Below are positions 1-10,208 of a stretch of 64,000 nt of DNA, one piece after another. Each line of letters opens with the position of its first letter. Position 1 is the stretch's first letter. A program made the position numbers and the translations under genes. Source of the DNA: Minisyncoccota bacterium. GTDB lineage: Bacteria; Patescibacteriota; Minisyncoccia; Phycocordibacterales; JABAAK01. The stretch covers positions 78,163-142,162 of the forward strand of contig OZ244141.1 of the NCBI GenBank assembly GCA_965216295.1. Reading direction: 5' to 3'. A model generated the notes under the pieces. The model made no database searches. It saw only the letters and a list, made by a program, of their open reading frames with translations, and was not told where the DNA came from.

Positions 1-351
1 CACAACAGCAATCTCCTCTTTCTTTCCATCTATTTCGTAATATTCAACTGTCTCTCTAAACTCATCTGATGATGAATAGGAGTTATCATTCACATTCCTA
101 CTCTTTCCGCTATATTCTCTACTTTTTTCTATGTATTGTTTCTGCTTGACTGCTAGATGTCCTGCCAAACTTGCCTGTCCAAAAGAATACCCTTGTGTAC
201 TATCTGCCGGACGACCTTTAGAGTGGGGTTTTGCTTTTTTCGTTACATCAGGCGTGTAAAAATCATCATCATGATCACCACTCATAACATGCACAACCGC
301 AAAAATGATTACTATCAATACTGCTATTAAAATAATTAAAATCTTTTTCAT
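1..351 (-). CDS. Hypothetical protein with N-terminal membrane anchor/signal; partial, runs off the window start
   Basis: Manual translation from ATG at 351: MKKILIILIAVLIVIIFAVVHVMSGDHDDD..., open to position 1; not in the ORF track. Confidence 0.7.
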   Translation of the reverse strand, partial: MKKILIILIAVLIVIIFAVVHVMSGDHDDDFYTPDVTKKAKPHSKGRPADSTQGYSFGQASLAGHLAVKQKQYIEKSREYSGKSRNVNDNSYSSSDEFRETVEYYEIDGKKEEIAVV

Positions 352-506
352 ATACATACATTTAACCACAAATTTTCTTTTATGATTTAGTGTTTATATT
401 ACACAGGATTGTGTATAACGCGAGACAATACAACTTCACAACCCCATAATAGCCATCACATCCTTAACCCCTCTTACTACTAATATAGGGCTCGTATTCT
501 TCTCTA

Positions 507-1193
507 CTAACGAACGCAACCTCTAAATTTATCGGTTCCTTTAGTTCTTTGACAAATTCTTTCATCACAACGGTGCCAAGATTTTACCACTTTATTTGAA
601 ATATTATATTCAGAGTCAGTTGAACTAGCAACATCTCTACAAGAAGCTATGTCTTTTTGTTTTATGTGTTTTGACCTAAGATTTTTGGAAGAAGTACAAA
701 GACTGTCATCCCATCGTCCATTACTACAATATATTGACTTACATTTCCAATTTTTATCTCTTTTGTGATCATGAGGAATTAATACTCCCACTTGCGTTCT
801 GTTAGCACAGTTACTTACACGTACCTGATCAGAGGGACGCTTTGCTATGAAAGTACACCATTCTTGAGCAGTTTTTGTTGGAATGAAAAGATCTTGTTTG
901 AGATTTCTTTTTCCCTGAATGCCACGACATATGCCGTGCTCATCTATTTCAATCTTCTGACCAGAGATTGATAATTTGTAGCTAGGTTTAGTTGGACTTC
1001 TGTTTGTGTTTCGTGTCGGCACACCACTTTCACTACACCCACCTCGATTGTACGGGGCAGCTATAGTTTCCCTCCATTCGTGTCCATGAGCGTATGAACC
1101 AAGGGCAAGCAGCGTTATTAGAAACATTACTCCAACAACACTGATATTTTTACAACGTACTGTCATATTTCTTTTCATATTTAATAAACCCAA
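507..1193 (-). CDS. Secreted Cys-rich hypothetical protein
   Basis: Hydrophobic signal-like segment, many Cys, FIPTKTAQEWCTF motif; true start may be slightly downstream. Confidence 0.65.
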   Translation of the reverse strand: MGLLNMKRNMTVRCKNISVVGVMFLITLLALGSYAHGHEWRETIAAPYNRGGCSESGVPTRNTNRSPTKPSYKLSISGQKIEIDEHGICRGIQGKRNLKQDLFIPTKTAQEWCTFIAKRPSDQVRVSNCANRTQVGVLIPHDHKRDKNWKCKSIYCSNGRWDDSLCTSSKNLRSKHIKQKDIASCRDVASSTDSEYNISNKVVKSWHRCDERICQRTKGTDKFRGCVR

Positions 1194-2374
1194 TCAGAGA
1201 GCCAGGTTGCCAATTGCCAATAATCTGGCAATTCTTTTGTGTATACCTCCGCACCAGTTTCTACATCGTATATTCGCACAACAACAGGTGATGTTTGCGA
1301 TCCTTCTTCATCGTAAATAGAAGTATCAGTTAATTGAACCGCAACAAACCGGTTATCGGGTGAAAACGTAGACCAGAACCCAGCAATTGGATGTCTTGCC
1401 TTCAGAGTTGCAGTAAACGAACCTGGATTCCAGTCAGAAACGGTAAAGATGTAGAAATTAGTGTTGTAGTAATCGCTGAGTGCTATATACCTCCCGTTGG
1501 GAGATATAGAAATCTTTTGTAACTTTGATCCGGCTAATTGAACAAAATTTGAACCATCACCACCTATTGCTATAGTGATAAGGTTATTCTGTTCACCTGT
1601 TTCTATATTATACGTTGCAAGTCCACCTTCACCGACATAAACAACCGCTCTATCATTAAATGGGTGTGGCACAGGGTTTGCTCCCTTTATTTCATTCCAC
1701 ACAAGACTCTCACCCTCAAGCGTTACGATACTTGAATCAACTAACGGTTCAGCGGAATCGTCTTCCACTATTCTTGTTGCTGAAAAAACAATCCTGCCAT
1801 CACCAAGAGAAATCGGCACCGAAGTACTCAATGTTGCAATAGAGTCCGGTGAAAGAAATGTTAAATCAGTACCGTCTTGATTAACTAATGCAAGGCGAGT
1901 AAAGTTTGCCACCGCGTCAGGTTGATTTTCATCAGTAACAAGTGTGGAATAAAGCAGAGGAAGCTTGTTCGTTGTAGGAGAAACAACTCCAGCAATGGCA
2001 GCAAAATCATCACCTGTTTCTATCGTTATCGCATACACTTCACCAGTAACCACATCAAGTGTAAGTGGCTTCACTGACTCATCACCACCCTGTTTCGCAC
2101 TACTCAAGATAATCTTTCCTTTGAGTAAACTGCGAAGTTCTGCATTTTGAACAAATGGTGTTGGTGACAATTCATCAGCAACTACCAGTACACGCCCAAG
2201 TGATTGAACACTGTCATCTGTGGGAGTGATGGTGGTATCATCGGGGTTAAGAGAATAAACGCCAGTTCGTGTTACGTCTCTAAATAAACCGGAATACTCA
2301 AGAACAACAAACACGAACAGTAAAACGACGACAATGCCAACAAAAAATCCAATTAGTTTATTTTTCATATACAA
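1181..2374 (-). CDS. Membrane-anchored beta-propeller-like (TolB/WD40-like) protein
   Basis: N-terminal TM; ISISPNGRYIA and TFSPDNRFVA blade motifs. Confidence 0.65.
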   Translation of the reverse strand: MYMKNKLIGFFVGIVVVLLFVFVVLEYSGLFRDVTRTGVYSLNPDDTTITPTDDSVQSLGRVLVVADELSPTPFVQNAELRSLLKGKIILSSAKQGGDESVKPLTLDVVTGEVYAITIETGDDFAAIAGVVSPTTNKLPLLYSTLVTDENQPDAVANFTRLALVNQDGTDLTFLSPDSIATLSTSVPISLGDGRIVFSATRIVEDDSAEPLVDSSIVTLEGESLVWNEIKGANPVPHPFNDRAVVYVGEGGLATYNIETGEQNNLITIAIGGDGSNFVQLAGSKLQKISISPNGRYIALSDYYNTNFYIFTVSDWNPGSFTATLKARHPIAGFWSTFSPDNRFVAVQLTDTSIYDEEGSQTSPVVVRIYDVETGAEVYTKELPDYWQLATWLSDWVY

Positions 2375-2408
2375 CCTACACCCCCTGATTGATCCTCGTT
2401 ATCAACAA

Positions 2409-3113
2409 CTATCCACCAATGAGTGCGCGAAGAGCCTGTAGCTCTGCATCCTGCTTATCTACCTGCGTTTGTAACTCTTTGATGCTTTCAATTAACAAAC
2501 CAGTGAGTGCGGGATAATCAACCTGCTTCATGCCATCATTATCTGTCTGCACCAACTCAGGAAATACCCGCTCAACCTCTTGTGCCACAACACCAATTGA
2601 CTTCTCACCGCTTTCTTTGTAAGTAAAGGAATAACCATTGATATTCTGTAACTTTTCACTTGGGTTACCTATCTTTTGTATATTCTCTTTTGCATTTCTA
2701 TCAGATGTATAATAGAAACCAGTCCCAGAAAACTTCCCCCCCTTTACTGATTGAAGCGCCCCCGCATATTTAGAAATTATTGTGTCGTTCTCCCACTTCC
2801 AGAGCAACTCTTCACATTTAAAAAAATTCCCTTCAGCATACCCAACGGTATAACCTTTCGCACAAGTTCCTCCAGGCCTAGGCTGACCTGGCGACTCAGT
2901 CGGCGCAGGATCAAAAAGAGCACTAGAATTAATACATTTCAATCCACTATCTGTCAATGTGAGAAATTCACTATTCCCACAGGCTGCAATTTCAGAGTTT
3001 TGCGATTGAACTGTGTAGTGAGAAAAAGAAATAAGTGTCAGTAACCCAACTAATACTACAGCTAAAAACCAACTGAAGATTAATCTTATACTCATATAGA
3101 CGAAGTGTAACAT
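2409..3113 (-). CDS. Exported protein with C-terminal peptidase S74 / endosialidase intramolecular chaperone domain
   Basis: SDRNAKENI...IGVVAQEVERVFPELV...VDYPALTGLLIESIKELQ plus coiled coil; N-terminal TM. Confidence 0.85.
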   Translation of the reverse strand: MLHFVYMSIRLIFSWFLAVVLVGLLTLISFSHYTVQSQNSEIAACGNSEFLTLTDSGLKCINSSALFDPAPTESPGQPRPGGTCAKGYTVGYAEGNFFKCEELLWKWENDTIISKYAGALQSVKGGKFSGTGFYYTSDRNAKENIQKIGNPSEKLQNINGYSFTYKESGEKSIGVVAQEVERVFPELVQTDNDGMKQVDYPALTGLLIESIKELQTQVDKQDAELQALRALIGG

Positions 3114-3260
3114 GGAATAGAAAAATAAAATCGATGTTGTGGAAATTGGGTAATTATCCTGTGATTCAAGGGCAAGATCAGACTAAAAGAGTGTGGTATA
3201 ACAGGAACAGATCTTCGTTGGTAAGATTTGTTTTTTCACTACACAAAGGAGGAAGAAAAA

Positions 3261-4775
3261 ATGCGTTATACAAAAAACACGCTGTCGTTTGATTCTGTAC
3301 AATTACGAGAAGATATCGTAGAGTCAGATCCAAATGAAAAAAATTATGGCATCAAGTTACACGCTTTGTCGGGTAACCCAGAACTGCTTGCTGCGGTTGG
3401 TGCCTCTCTCTCGAGAAACCCATCTCCACTCAAGGCAAGGCTGAAAAGTTTGAGCCCTGAGGTAAAAAAAAGGATTATGGATAAGTACTTTAAAAGGTAT
3501 GGACATAATTCTATAGGAGATATTGGCCATTTCGCCATTTCTTTTGAGGGAGTTTCAATGCTTGCCGCGTATCTTATATTAAACAATAGATTGTTTGATG
3601 GGCAAGAAGCATCCACTCGATATATAGGGTTTGCAGGAAAATACTGTTTCCCAAAAATCTTTCAAACAGAAGTAGAAGAAGAGTTGTGTCGATCATGGTT
3701 TTCACTATATGAAAGAGTGTTTCACCATTCAATGGAACACTGTATCAAAAGTGGTTACTCAAACGATGCTGCGGAAGCGGCAAGTTTTGACATAGCAGGT
3801 GGTCTGCTCCCTATCGCAACGAGAACATCAGTTTTCTTTGTGGGGAGTATACGAACCTTCTTAAAACAACTCTATTATATAGAAAGTATGGAAGACGAGG
3901 TATGCGAGTTGAGAGAGCTTGGGGAGAAACTGAGAGCATTACTGCTGGAAGTTTGTCCAAATTCTGTCTCATTAAAAAAAAGTGGTTCAATTGAAGCACA
4001 AAGAGAGATGACATTAACGCCATCGTTTGATGCTGTTGATCGAATTTTAAGAGTTGGTCTTGATTCTTATCTTCACCACGGATGGTCTGTTAGCGTAACA
4101 CCTATTCAAAAAAATTACCTCATGAATAAGGTAAAAGAAGGTATGTCAAGCTTGTTTCGCAATACTGCTACGCTTGGTATTAAGGAGGTGCACACCAAAT
4201 TAATACTAGTAGCAATGAGTGATCAAGTGTTTCATTTGTTTCGCGAGAGTCATCGCTTTTCATCTTTAGAGGATATCGTGGATGCTGTAGCAAAAGATAC
4301 TGCAACAGCACTTCTTGGTAACATCTCGGTTTCTTTCAAAATGGATTTTAGAAGTTTGAGAGACCTGCATCGCCATAGGATATTTCCTATCAATCAAGTA
4401 CGTCGCTTTGGAGGGGCGATAGATTGTAATCCTTGGTATCAGGAAAAAGTGAGAGATGTAAAACTCAAACAAGAGATGATAGATTTGTTCTCAAAAACGC
4501 TCGAGACATATAGTGTTCAAAAAAAACAGGAAAAGGGATATATCTCTAGACCTGTTGGTATTTTGCCGATGATGTCTCAGTTCCCTGCCATTATTTCTGG
4601 CAGTTTACACGACTGGTATTCAATGCTCATGACCCGTAAATCGGGAAAGGTGCATCCTGTCGTACATACGTTTGTACAAGACGTGTCTCAGATTATTAAT
4701 CACGGGCTTCGCTTTGATTTAATACAAGACATTCCTCAAACGGTGAATTATGAGAAACGATCGTCAGATAAGTAA
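3261..4775 (+). CDS. thyX: Flavin-dependent thymidylate synthase, two-domain ThyX type
   Basis: YGHNSIGD, QEASTRY and DLHRHR motifs; AAGGAGG SD before ATG 3261 (ORF track starts at 3228). Confidence 0.8.
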   Translation: MRYTKNTLSFDSVQLREDIVESDPNEKNYGIKLHALSGNPELLAAVGASLSRNPSPLKARLKSLSPEVKKRIMDKYFKRYGHNSIGDIGHFAISFEGVSMLAAYLILNNRLFDGQEASTRYIGFAGKYCFPKIFQTEVEEELCRSWFSLYERVFHHSMEHCIKSGYSNDAAEAASFDIAGGLLPIATRTSVFFVGSIRTFLKQLYYIESMEDEVCELRELGEKLRALLLEVCPNSVSLKKSGSIEAQREMTLTPSFDAVDRILRVGLDSYLHHGWSVSVTPIQKNYLMNKVKEGMSSLFRNTATLGIKEVHTKLILVAMSDQVFHLFRESHRFSSLEDIVDAVAKDTATALLGNISVSFKMDFRSLRDLHRHRIFPINQVRRFGGAIDCNPWYQEKVRDVKLKQEMIDLFSKTLETYSVQKKQEKGYISRPVGILPMMSQFPAIISGSLHDWYSMLMTRKSGKVHPVVHTFVQDVSQIINHGLRFDLIQDIPQTVNYEKRSSDK

Positions 4776-5261
4776 CTCATAACTGTGCGCACCCAAGTAA
4801 TTATTGCTTGGGTGCGTTTTTTTAATCTTATAAGTGCTCCTAGAAGATGCTGTTTTTATTTCACTTGTCTTTGACTTTCTCTTATACACACCGAGCCGTT
4901 TTTTTATTACATCTTTTACATATCGTGAACAGGAAATTTTTTTTAAAACTTCTTCAATAAAACAGACCGGCATTTGTCCTCTGCAAGGTACAGACTTTGG
5001 TAGTTTTTCATGAAAAACCCAATCACAATTAAACCTAGTCATTTTATAAAACACAGAACATTCTTCTGGTTTTATAATCAAAACATTTTCATTTTGAGGT
5101 CGATTTTCAATCTCTTGACTGGTAGCTATAATATAGTAATACTCTCTCCCGCTTGGGGATGTAAAATCACCAAGGACAAGATGGTAGTGTGAATTTGTAT
5201 TGCCAGATTTTTCTAATTGACCACTTACATAATATAAAACATCTCCTCTACTGACATCCAT
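4764..5261 (-). CDS. Putative PemK/MazF-like toxin (PanT candidate)
   Basis: RGDVLYYV...HYHLVL...IIATSQ...FNCD pattern resembles the PemK fold; overlaps the 3' end of the Panacea-like gene; ATG 5261 chosen (ORF track 5285). Confidence 0.5.
   Translation of the reverse strand: MDVSRGDVLYYVSGQLEKSGNTNSHYHLVLGDFTSPSGREYYYIIATSQEIENRPQNENVLIIKPEECSVFYKMTRFNCDWVFHEKLPKSVPCRGQMPVCFIEEVLKKISCSRYVKDVIKKRLGVYKRKSKTSEIKTASSRSTYKIKKTHPSNNYLGAHSYELLI
4787..4823 (+). terminator. Intrinsic terminator of thyX
   Basis: GCGCACCCAAG-taattattg-CTTGGGTGCGT followed by T run, just after the thyX stop. Confidence 0.8.
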
Positions 5262-5946
5262 ACAAACGATAATTTTCTCTAGCAACTTCTAGTGTGGATT
5301 CTTCTACTTGCACAGGCCCATCGTTCACAAAAAAATCTTCCTTATCTATTGAAGCACACTGTCCTTCACCAAAATCATGTATGCCATGTTTTTTCCACGC
5401 ATCAAATGCATGCACTCCTTCTGTTTCGTGATTAATGAGATAATTTATATCTTTATCTCCATATTTTTCTAAAACATAATCTAAACACTCAGCATCAACT
5501 TCTGATATATAATCCGTATCTATTTCCTTTTCTTTATTAACTTCTACCGTGCTGTTGTTGTTCTTTATGTACTGTTGGGCATACTCTATTTCCTCTGCGC
5601 TTGTATGCTCACTATCAAAACCAACGATATCTGCCAAGTTTGATGGCACTGGTCCATTTTTAAGTGCTACATAATAATCTCCAGAGATGGTTTCTCCATA
5701 CTTTCTAAGCTTATACACATCTGCCAAAACAGCCAATTTTATTAATTTTAGTGACTCACACCTTTGACCTGGTAATTTATCTAATAAATACCTTGTCATT
5801 TGAACTCTGACCGCCAAACTATCAGAAATTATTGTTTTTGCCTCCATAACTGCAGTATATAACAGAATCTGTATTAATGAAAAGAATACCTGCTATTTGC
5901 CTGTGAATATACAAAACACTCAGAATTTACTTGGGTGCGTTTTTTT
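4807..5946. repeat. 17-bp direct repeat CTTGGGTGCGTTTTTTT at 4807-4823 and 5930-5946 flanking the TA module
   Basis: Read directly from the sequence. Confidence 0.85.
5248..5847 (-). CDS. Panacea-domain (DUF4065/SocA/GepA family) antitoxin
   Basis: LKLIKLAVLAD...YGETISGDYYVALKNGPVPS...AWKK matches the DUF4065 signature. Confidence 0.8.
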   Translation of the reverse strand: MEAKTIISDSLAVRVQMTRYLLDKLPGQRCESLKLIKLAVLADVYKLRKYGETISGDYYVALKNGPVPSNLADIVGFDSEHTSAEEIEYAQQYIKNNNSTVEVNKEKEIDTDYISEVDAECLDYVLEKYGDKDINYLINHETEGVHAFDAWKKHGIHDFGEGQCASIDKEDFFVNDGPVQVEESTLEVARENYRLYGCQ

Positions 5947-6847
5947 TATATAAATAACAAGACTTTCGTGCCAATTGAAGTGTGCTTCGCTGCACACACA
6001 ATACTTTCCGAAGAACAAACATTAGATAGAAAAGCTCAATGGTGATAACAACAAAGACAATATCCATCCATCGTAAAACAAAAGTGAGTGTTGAAATAGT
6101 ACCATCAACCACACCTACTCCTCCTCGTTCTTGCACTTTCTCAGCAGAAACGACAGTGGTGTACGACAAGGCCTCGCGTGCGCTTTCTTCTGTTTTGGTC
6201 AACGGAACACTCTGCTCTTGCATCACCCGCTCTTTCAAAGACTCCACTGTAGCGACACGCTCCAACGGGAGTGTGACATTCTTTTTTTTCTGCTGACTGC
6301 TCATCGTTGGTATGGGATTTGTTGCAATAATACCCGGCGTGGCAGGAGCAATGATTTGTTTTCCTCCTCCAACAATATGTTGCGTTGCTCCTGTACCAAT
6401 AATAGGTTCGGTAGGAAGAAAGGAAATGCTGTTTTCCAATTGTCCTGTTTCTGTGGCAGAAATTCCAATCGTTGTTTTTTCATTCGGAATTGTAAAGTCA
6501 GAGATAAAAAGTCTCTGTGTGCGATCTGGGTACAACATATGAAATGTATCTGCGTGCTGTACGATTACCGCAACCGCACCAGAAGGAATCGATGATCCTT
6601 TGTTGTGTTCAAAAATGACATGAGAACGATCTCCAACATGGAATTGCAATTCAGTAACATCAACCGCCACCTCACCATCATTAACCACCTCTATCCATTG
6701 ATACCCCTTCCTAGTTTCACTCGTTGGTTGGTACATCACTTCAGTGATAACAACTTGCGCATGAATAGAAACACTCATCGCAAGAAAAAAGAGTGTTGCG
6801 ACACAAAAACCAGTGAGTTGATGAATAGTACACATTTGCGTATACAA
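5927..6847 (-). CDS. Lamin-tail-domain (LTD) surface protein with C-terminal TM
   Basis: Signal peptide; VVITEVMYQP...QWIEVVN LTD motif; PATPG; C-terminal hydrophobic helix. Confidence 0.75.
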   Translation of the reverse strand: MYTQMCTIHQLTGFCVATLFFLAMSVSIHAQVVITEVMYQPTSETRKGYQWIEVVNDGEVAVDVTELQFHVGDRSHVIFEHNKGSSIPSGAVAVIVQHADTFHMLYPDRTQRLFISDFTIPNEKTTIGISATETGQLENSISFLPTEPIIGTGATQHIVGGGKQIIAPATPGIIATNPIPTMSSQQKKKNVTLPLERVATVESLKERVMQEQSVPLTKTEESAREALSYTTVVSAEKVQERGGVGVVDGTISTLTFVLRWMDIVFVVITIELFYLMFVLRKVLCVQRSTLQLARKSCYLYKKNAPK

Positions 6848-6849
6848 AT

Positions 6850-9222
6850 CTAGAGACTGCTCGTCGTCACGAAAATGCGTGGCAATAATTGTGTATTGCT
6901 CTCATTGTGTGCTGAATCAACAGCAGTGAGAGTACAGTCAGCAAATGTCCCTTCTGATAATTTGTAGTGTATGCCGTGACTACCATTACGGACAAGGTAT
7001 GGCAGTGATCCAATATCACAAGAACCGTCGTAATTCAATTGCGCCCAGTCACCCATCGTTAGACTAGCAACAGACACAGGGATAATTACTTTATTTCCGT
7101 AGAAACCAAGTGTTTGTGCATTCGTACCAAGTGTCAATTGTGGTGCCTGCGTGTTACGAACAACAACAATGCTGTCTCGAACGCTACTAACATTACCATC
7201 TCCATCACTTACTTTTGGTCTTATGAACACACGATTATCACTTGCTACACCATTTTCTGGTGAGAAGTGAATGCGGTACTGTACAACAACAGCACCTCTT
7301 GCTGCATTACTCACCGACACCCTTTCAAATCGAGCAGATGCTTCTGTTTCTATCCTTGGCACATCTTCAAGATATGTAGTTATGGTGTCGCGTGAATAGT
7401 TGGTAGTGCTATCAGCAATAGTTACCTGAAAGGTCACTGTGTTTTCTGTTGTGAAAAAGAGATTTTTCCCAGAAGTAACTGGATTGCCGTTAAAGGTAGT
7501 GATAGTGACATGTGGAATATCAGAACGAACCTCCTTGGCAGTTCCACCGCCACCGCCCGATATTACCCCTTGATCTCCAGGGAGACTACCAGGAGTTGGT
7601 GTTGCTTCAAAGATGGTTCTTGTTGATGAGATGTGTAGTGTTTTGCCACTATCTTTTTTAGCACCATCATTACTTGTGTACGAGATAGAGTAGAGTTCTT
7701 CTCCGGTACTAATCTTTTGTATCACAATCGTATCACCTGGATCGTTGAGAGCAAAAGTGCTGGTATATAGAGGTCCTGTGTATGCACCAAACGCTAATCT
7801 GAATGCTTCTGCATTTCCTGTAATAATTGCGACTTCCCCGCTTGCGATAGTCTGATCACCAGAGACATGGGTGATGGCTCTTCGTTGCCCTCCCTCAACA
7901 ACCTTGAGGTCTGCAAGATTCACTACTGCACTACTGTCGTTAACAATCTCTATCCATTCATCTCCTTCTGAAGAGTTGTAAGAGATTTCTGTTATCCGCA
8001 CTGCCGTCTGTACGATTCCTGAAATCTGTGGTGACGTTGTGTAGTATTCATTACCACCCTTATCAACCGCTCGCACACAAACCTTCTTGCCGTTGTTTTC
8101 AGGGTCGGTAATGCTGAAACGCGCCTCTCCATTTACCAATGAAATAGTTGTCTCAACATTTCTTGATGCAACATATTCTGCTTTGGTAGCACAACTCACT
8201 GTTCCTGTTTTGTAAAAAACAGTATCTGTTAAGTACGTATCAGCAACTTGTAGAATAACTTCTTTGTATGATGATGTTCCTGTCGGCTCTATCGTCACTG
8301 ATACGGTTGGTGGTGTGCTATCAAAAATCACTTGTTTACCATCGTGTGCCACGGTACCGCTTTTTGTAAGAGCGGTGCCAGAGTCATCGGTGAGACCGTG
8401 TATGGTATAGGTAACAACACCTTCCATAGAGGTAGACGGTAGTGTGTATGACGCTTCTTTCCGCACACTGTCTTCTCCAGAAAAATTCACCGATCCAACG
8501 TCATCACTACCAATATGAAATGTCGCCGTAGGTGTCTGGGTATCTCTCTCATGTAATAATTCCAAGGTAATTGTATCGCCAACTCCAACAAAAATACCTT
8601 CATTCGTTTCCTCCCCACCAACAGCGCTGGTAATCACGGAAAATCCAATGGGTGATGGTAGTGTGTAGGCTGTGTCTGGTGGGTTAATCGCTACCTCTCC
8701 TGGTGTTGCGGGTGCGACGATAAGATCGTTTTCTGTTGTGAGGTGGAGTGACATGCCTGTGTCTTCTGCACGGTAATCTTGTGTGTAAGTAATGGTATCA
8801 ATGACTGTTTCGCCTTGATAGAGTTTGATGGTTGCACCCTCTGGTAGTGAAATATCAGCGGTATAGACACCTCCTACAGAACTCCCATACGTTGTGGAGA
8901 ACAAGGCTGCGTCTTGTACGATAACTGCACTTTTTCCTGCACTCAACGTTGCTTTTGTGCTGCCATGTGTGCTGATACTTTGCTTTGCATCATTATCCAC
9001 TTGAATGCTCAACTCCGTGATAGTAACTGTATCCGTTCCATCGGCAATAATCTCAAGCCAATCACCACTTTTCACACTGCTGTACATAATCTCCGTTATC
9101 TCAACGGTATTTTGGGATTGTGCCATTGCAGGCATGGCGCTACCAACCAAGGTGGCTATAAATAAAGTAAGGACAAGGGGGGTGTATAGGAAATAAGTTT
9201 TTATGGTGTGGGTGTGAGACAT
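6850..9222 (-). CDS. Secreted protein with two lamin-tail domains and Ig-like domains
   Basis: VEITEIMY..DWLEI and VRITEISY..EWIEIVN repeats; DSTPPTV and AVDKGGN Ig-like motifs. Confidence 0.75.
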   Translation of the reverse strand: MSHTHTIKTYFLYTPLVLTLFIATLVGSAMPAMAQSQNTVEITEIMYSSVKSGDWLEIIADGTDTVTITELSIQVDNDAKQSISTHGSTKATLSAGKSAVIVQDAALFSTTYGSSVGGVYTADISLPEGATIKLYQGETVIDTITYTQDYRAEDTGMSLHLTTENDLIVAPATPGEVAINPPDTAYTLPSPIGFSVITSAVGGEETNEGIFVGVGDTITLELLHERDTQTPTATFHIGSDDVGSVNFSGEDSVRKEASYTLPSTSMEGVVTYTIHGLTDDSGTALTKSGTVAHDGKQVIFDSTPPTVSVTIEPTGTSSYKEVILQVADTYLTDTVFYKTGTVSCATKAEYVASRNVETTISLVNGEARFSITDPENNGKKVCVRAVDKGGNEYYTTSPQISGIVQTAVRITEISYNSSEGDEWIEIVNDSSAVVNLADLKVVEGGQRRAITHVSGDQTIASGEVAIITGNAEAFRLAFGAYTGPLYTSTFALNDPGDTIVIQKISTGEELYSISYTSNDGAKKDSGKTLHISSTRTIFEATPTPGSLPGDQGVISGGGGGTAKEVRSDIPHVTITTFNGNPVTSGKNLFFTTENTVTFQVTIADSTTNYSRDTITTYLEDVPRIETEASARFERVSVSNAARGAVVVQYRIHFSPENGVASDNRVFIRPKVSDGDGNVSSVRDSIVVVRNTQAPQLTLGTNAQTLGFYGNKVIIPVSVASLTMGDWAQLNYDGSCDIGSLPYLVRNGSHGIHYKLSEGTFADCTLTAVDSAHNESNTQLLPRIFVTTSSL

Positions 9223-9269
9223 TTTGAATAGTTATTAGTATGTGTAATTATCAACAAAGAACAAAGAGA

Positions 9270-9291
9270 AAGGCACCCTGTGGGGTGTCTT
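9270..9291 (-). terminator. Probable intrinsic terminator
   Basis: Minus strand AAGACACCCCACAGGGTGCCTT followed by a T-rich tract. Confidence 0.5.
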
Positions 9292-9411
9292 GTTACATGG
9301 ACAATGATACTTTCCGAAAAGTATGCAGACATGTATAGGATTAATAATCTGTCACCATATATACCGCACTCAACTTATTTTTGCAAGTGTTGGTATGTGT
9401 TTACAAATGCA

Positions 9412-10185
9412 TCAATGTGTTGCCTGTATCACACCAACACTATCAAGAACATCAAGCACGGCTCCCTGAGCGTGCCACCCTACCAAAACAAGTGGCGCTA
9501 ACACCGATATGAGAAAAAGTGCCGAAAAGGTGGTAAGGAGGGTGCTATAGATACAAAAAATTGCCACTTTGCGTTTGTCATGGTGATACAGTGATGTAAA
9601 GAAACGGTATGAAAAGTACCCAAAAATAAAGAATAAAATGAGAAGAAGAATGATGGGGGTTGTTGTGGTACCACTAATGAGCCGCTCTATCGTCTGATTG
9701 AGAGAGGGTGATCCGAGATAGATAACCCAATACCATGACACGGGAAAGTTAAAGGCAATGAGTGCATAGAGAAAAGAAACCCACTTCTTTGTCTGATTGC
9801 CAGAAAAAAGATACGAGGCTACCAGGTACGCGAGCACCCCGAGAAAAATAAATACGAGAGTCGCAGAGGCAACAACAAGTTCAATCGCTGGTACAAGAGA
9901 TGATAGTGAAACCAGTGATGGTCCAACAACAAATGGTACAAGCCCTGATAGCCATAACAGCAAAAGTGGTGTGGTAAAGAGTGTGGCGTATAAGAGGCGA
10001 ACAAAAAAGACAATTTTCCTGTCCATACCCTTACCGATGTTTGGAAAAAGAAAAAAAATAACCCGATAGGTGACAACAACAGTCGGAACAATAATAGCGA
10101 AGACAAAGAGAGTGTTGGTGGGAATGGCACTGACGAGTGTTGGATCATACACTGGCTGGATTTGTGCATAGGCTGTCGTAATCAT
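9412..10185 (-). CDS. Multi-pass membrane protein, unknown function
   Basis: About six hydrophobic segments. Confidence 0.7.
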   Translation of the reverse strand: MITTAYAQIQPVYDPTLVSAIPTNTLFVFAIIVPTVVVTYRVIFFLFPNIGKGMDRKIVFFVRLLYATLFTTPLLLLWLSGLVPFVVGPSLVSLSSLVPAIELVVASATLVFIFLGVLAYLVASYLFSGNQTKKWVSFLYALIAFNFPVSWYWVIYLGSPSLNQTIERLISGTTTTPIILLLILFFIFGYFSYRFFTSLYHHDKRKVAIFCIYSTLLTTFSALFLISVLAPLVLVGWHAQGAVLDVLDSVGVIQATH

Positions 10186-10208
10186 ACATGTGTAGTATAT
10201 ACATTCCG

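Noticed and set aside
410-418. Isolated DnaA-box match TGTGTATAA
   Set aside because: Single match far from dnaA; expected by chance in AT-rich DNA.
2409-3113. Prophage tail gene
   Set aside because: Has an export signal and no other phage genes are in the window.
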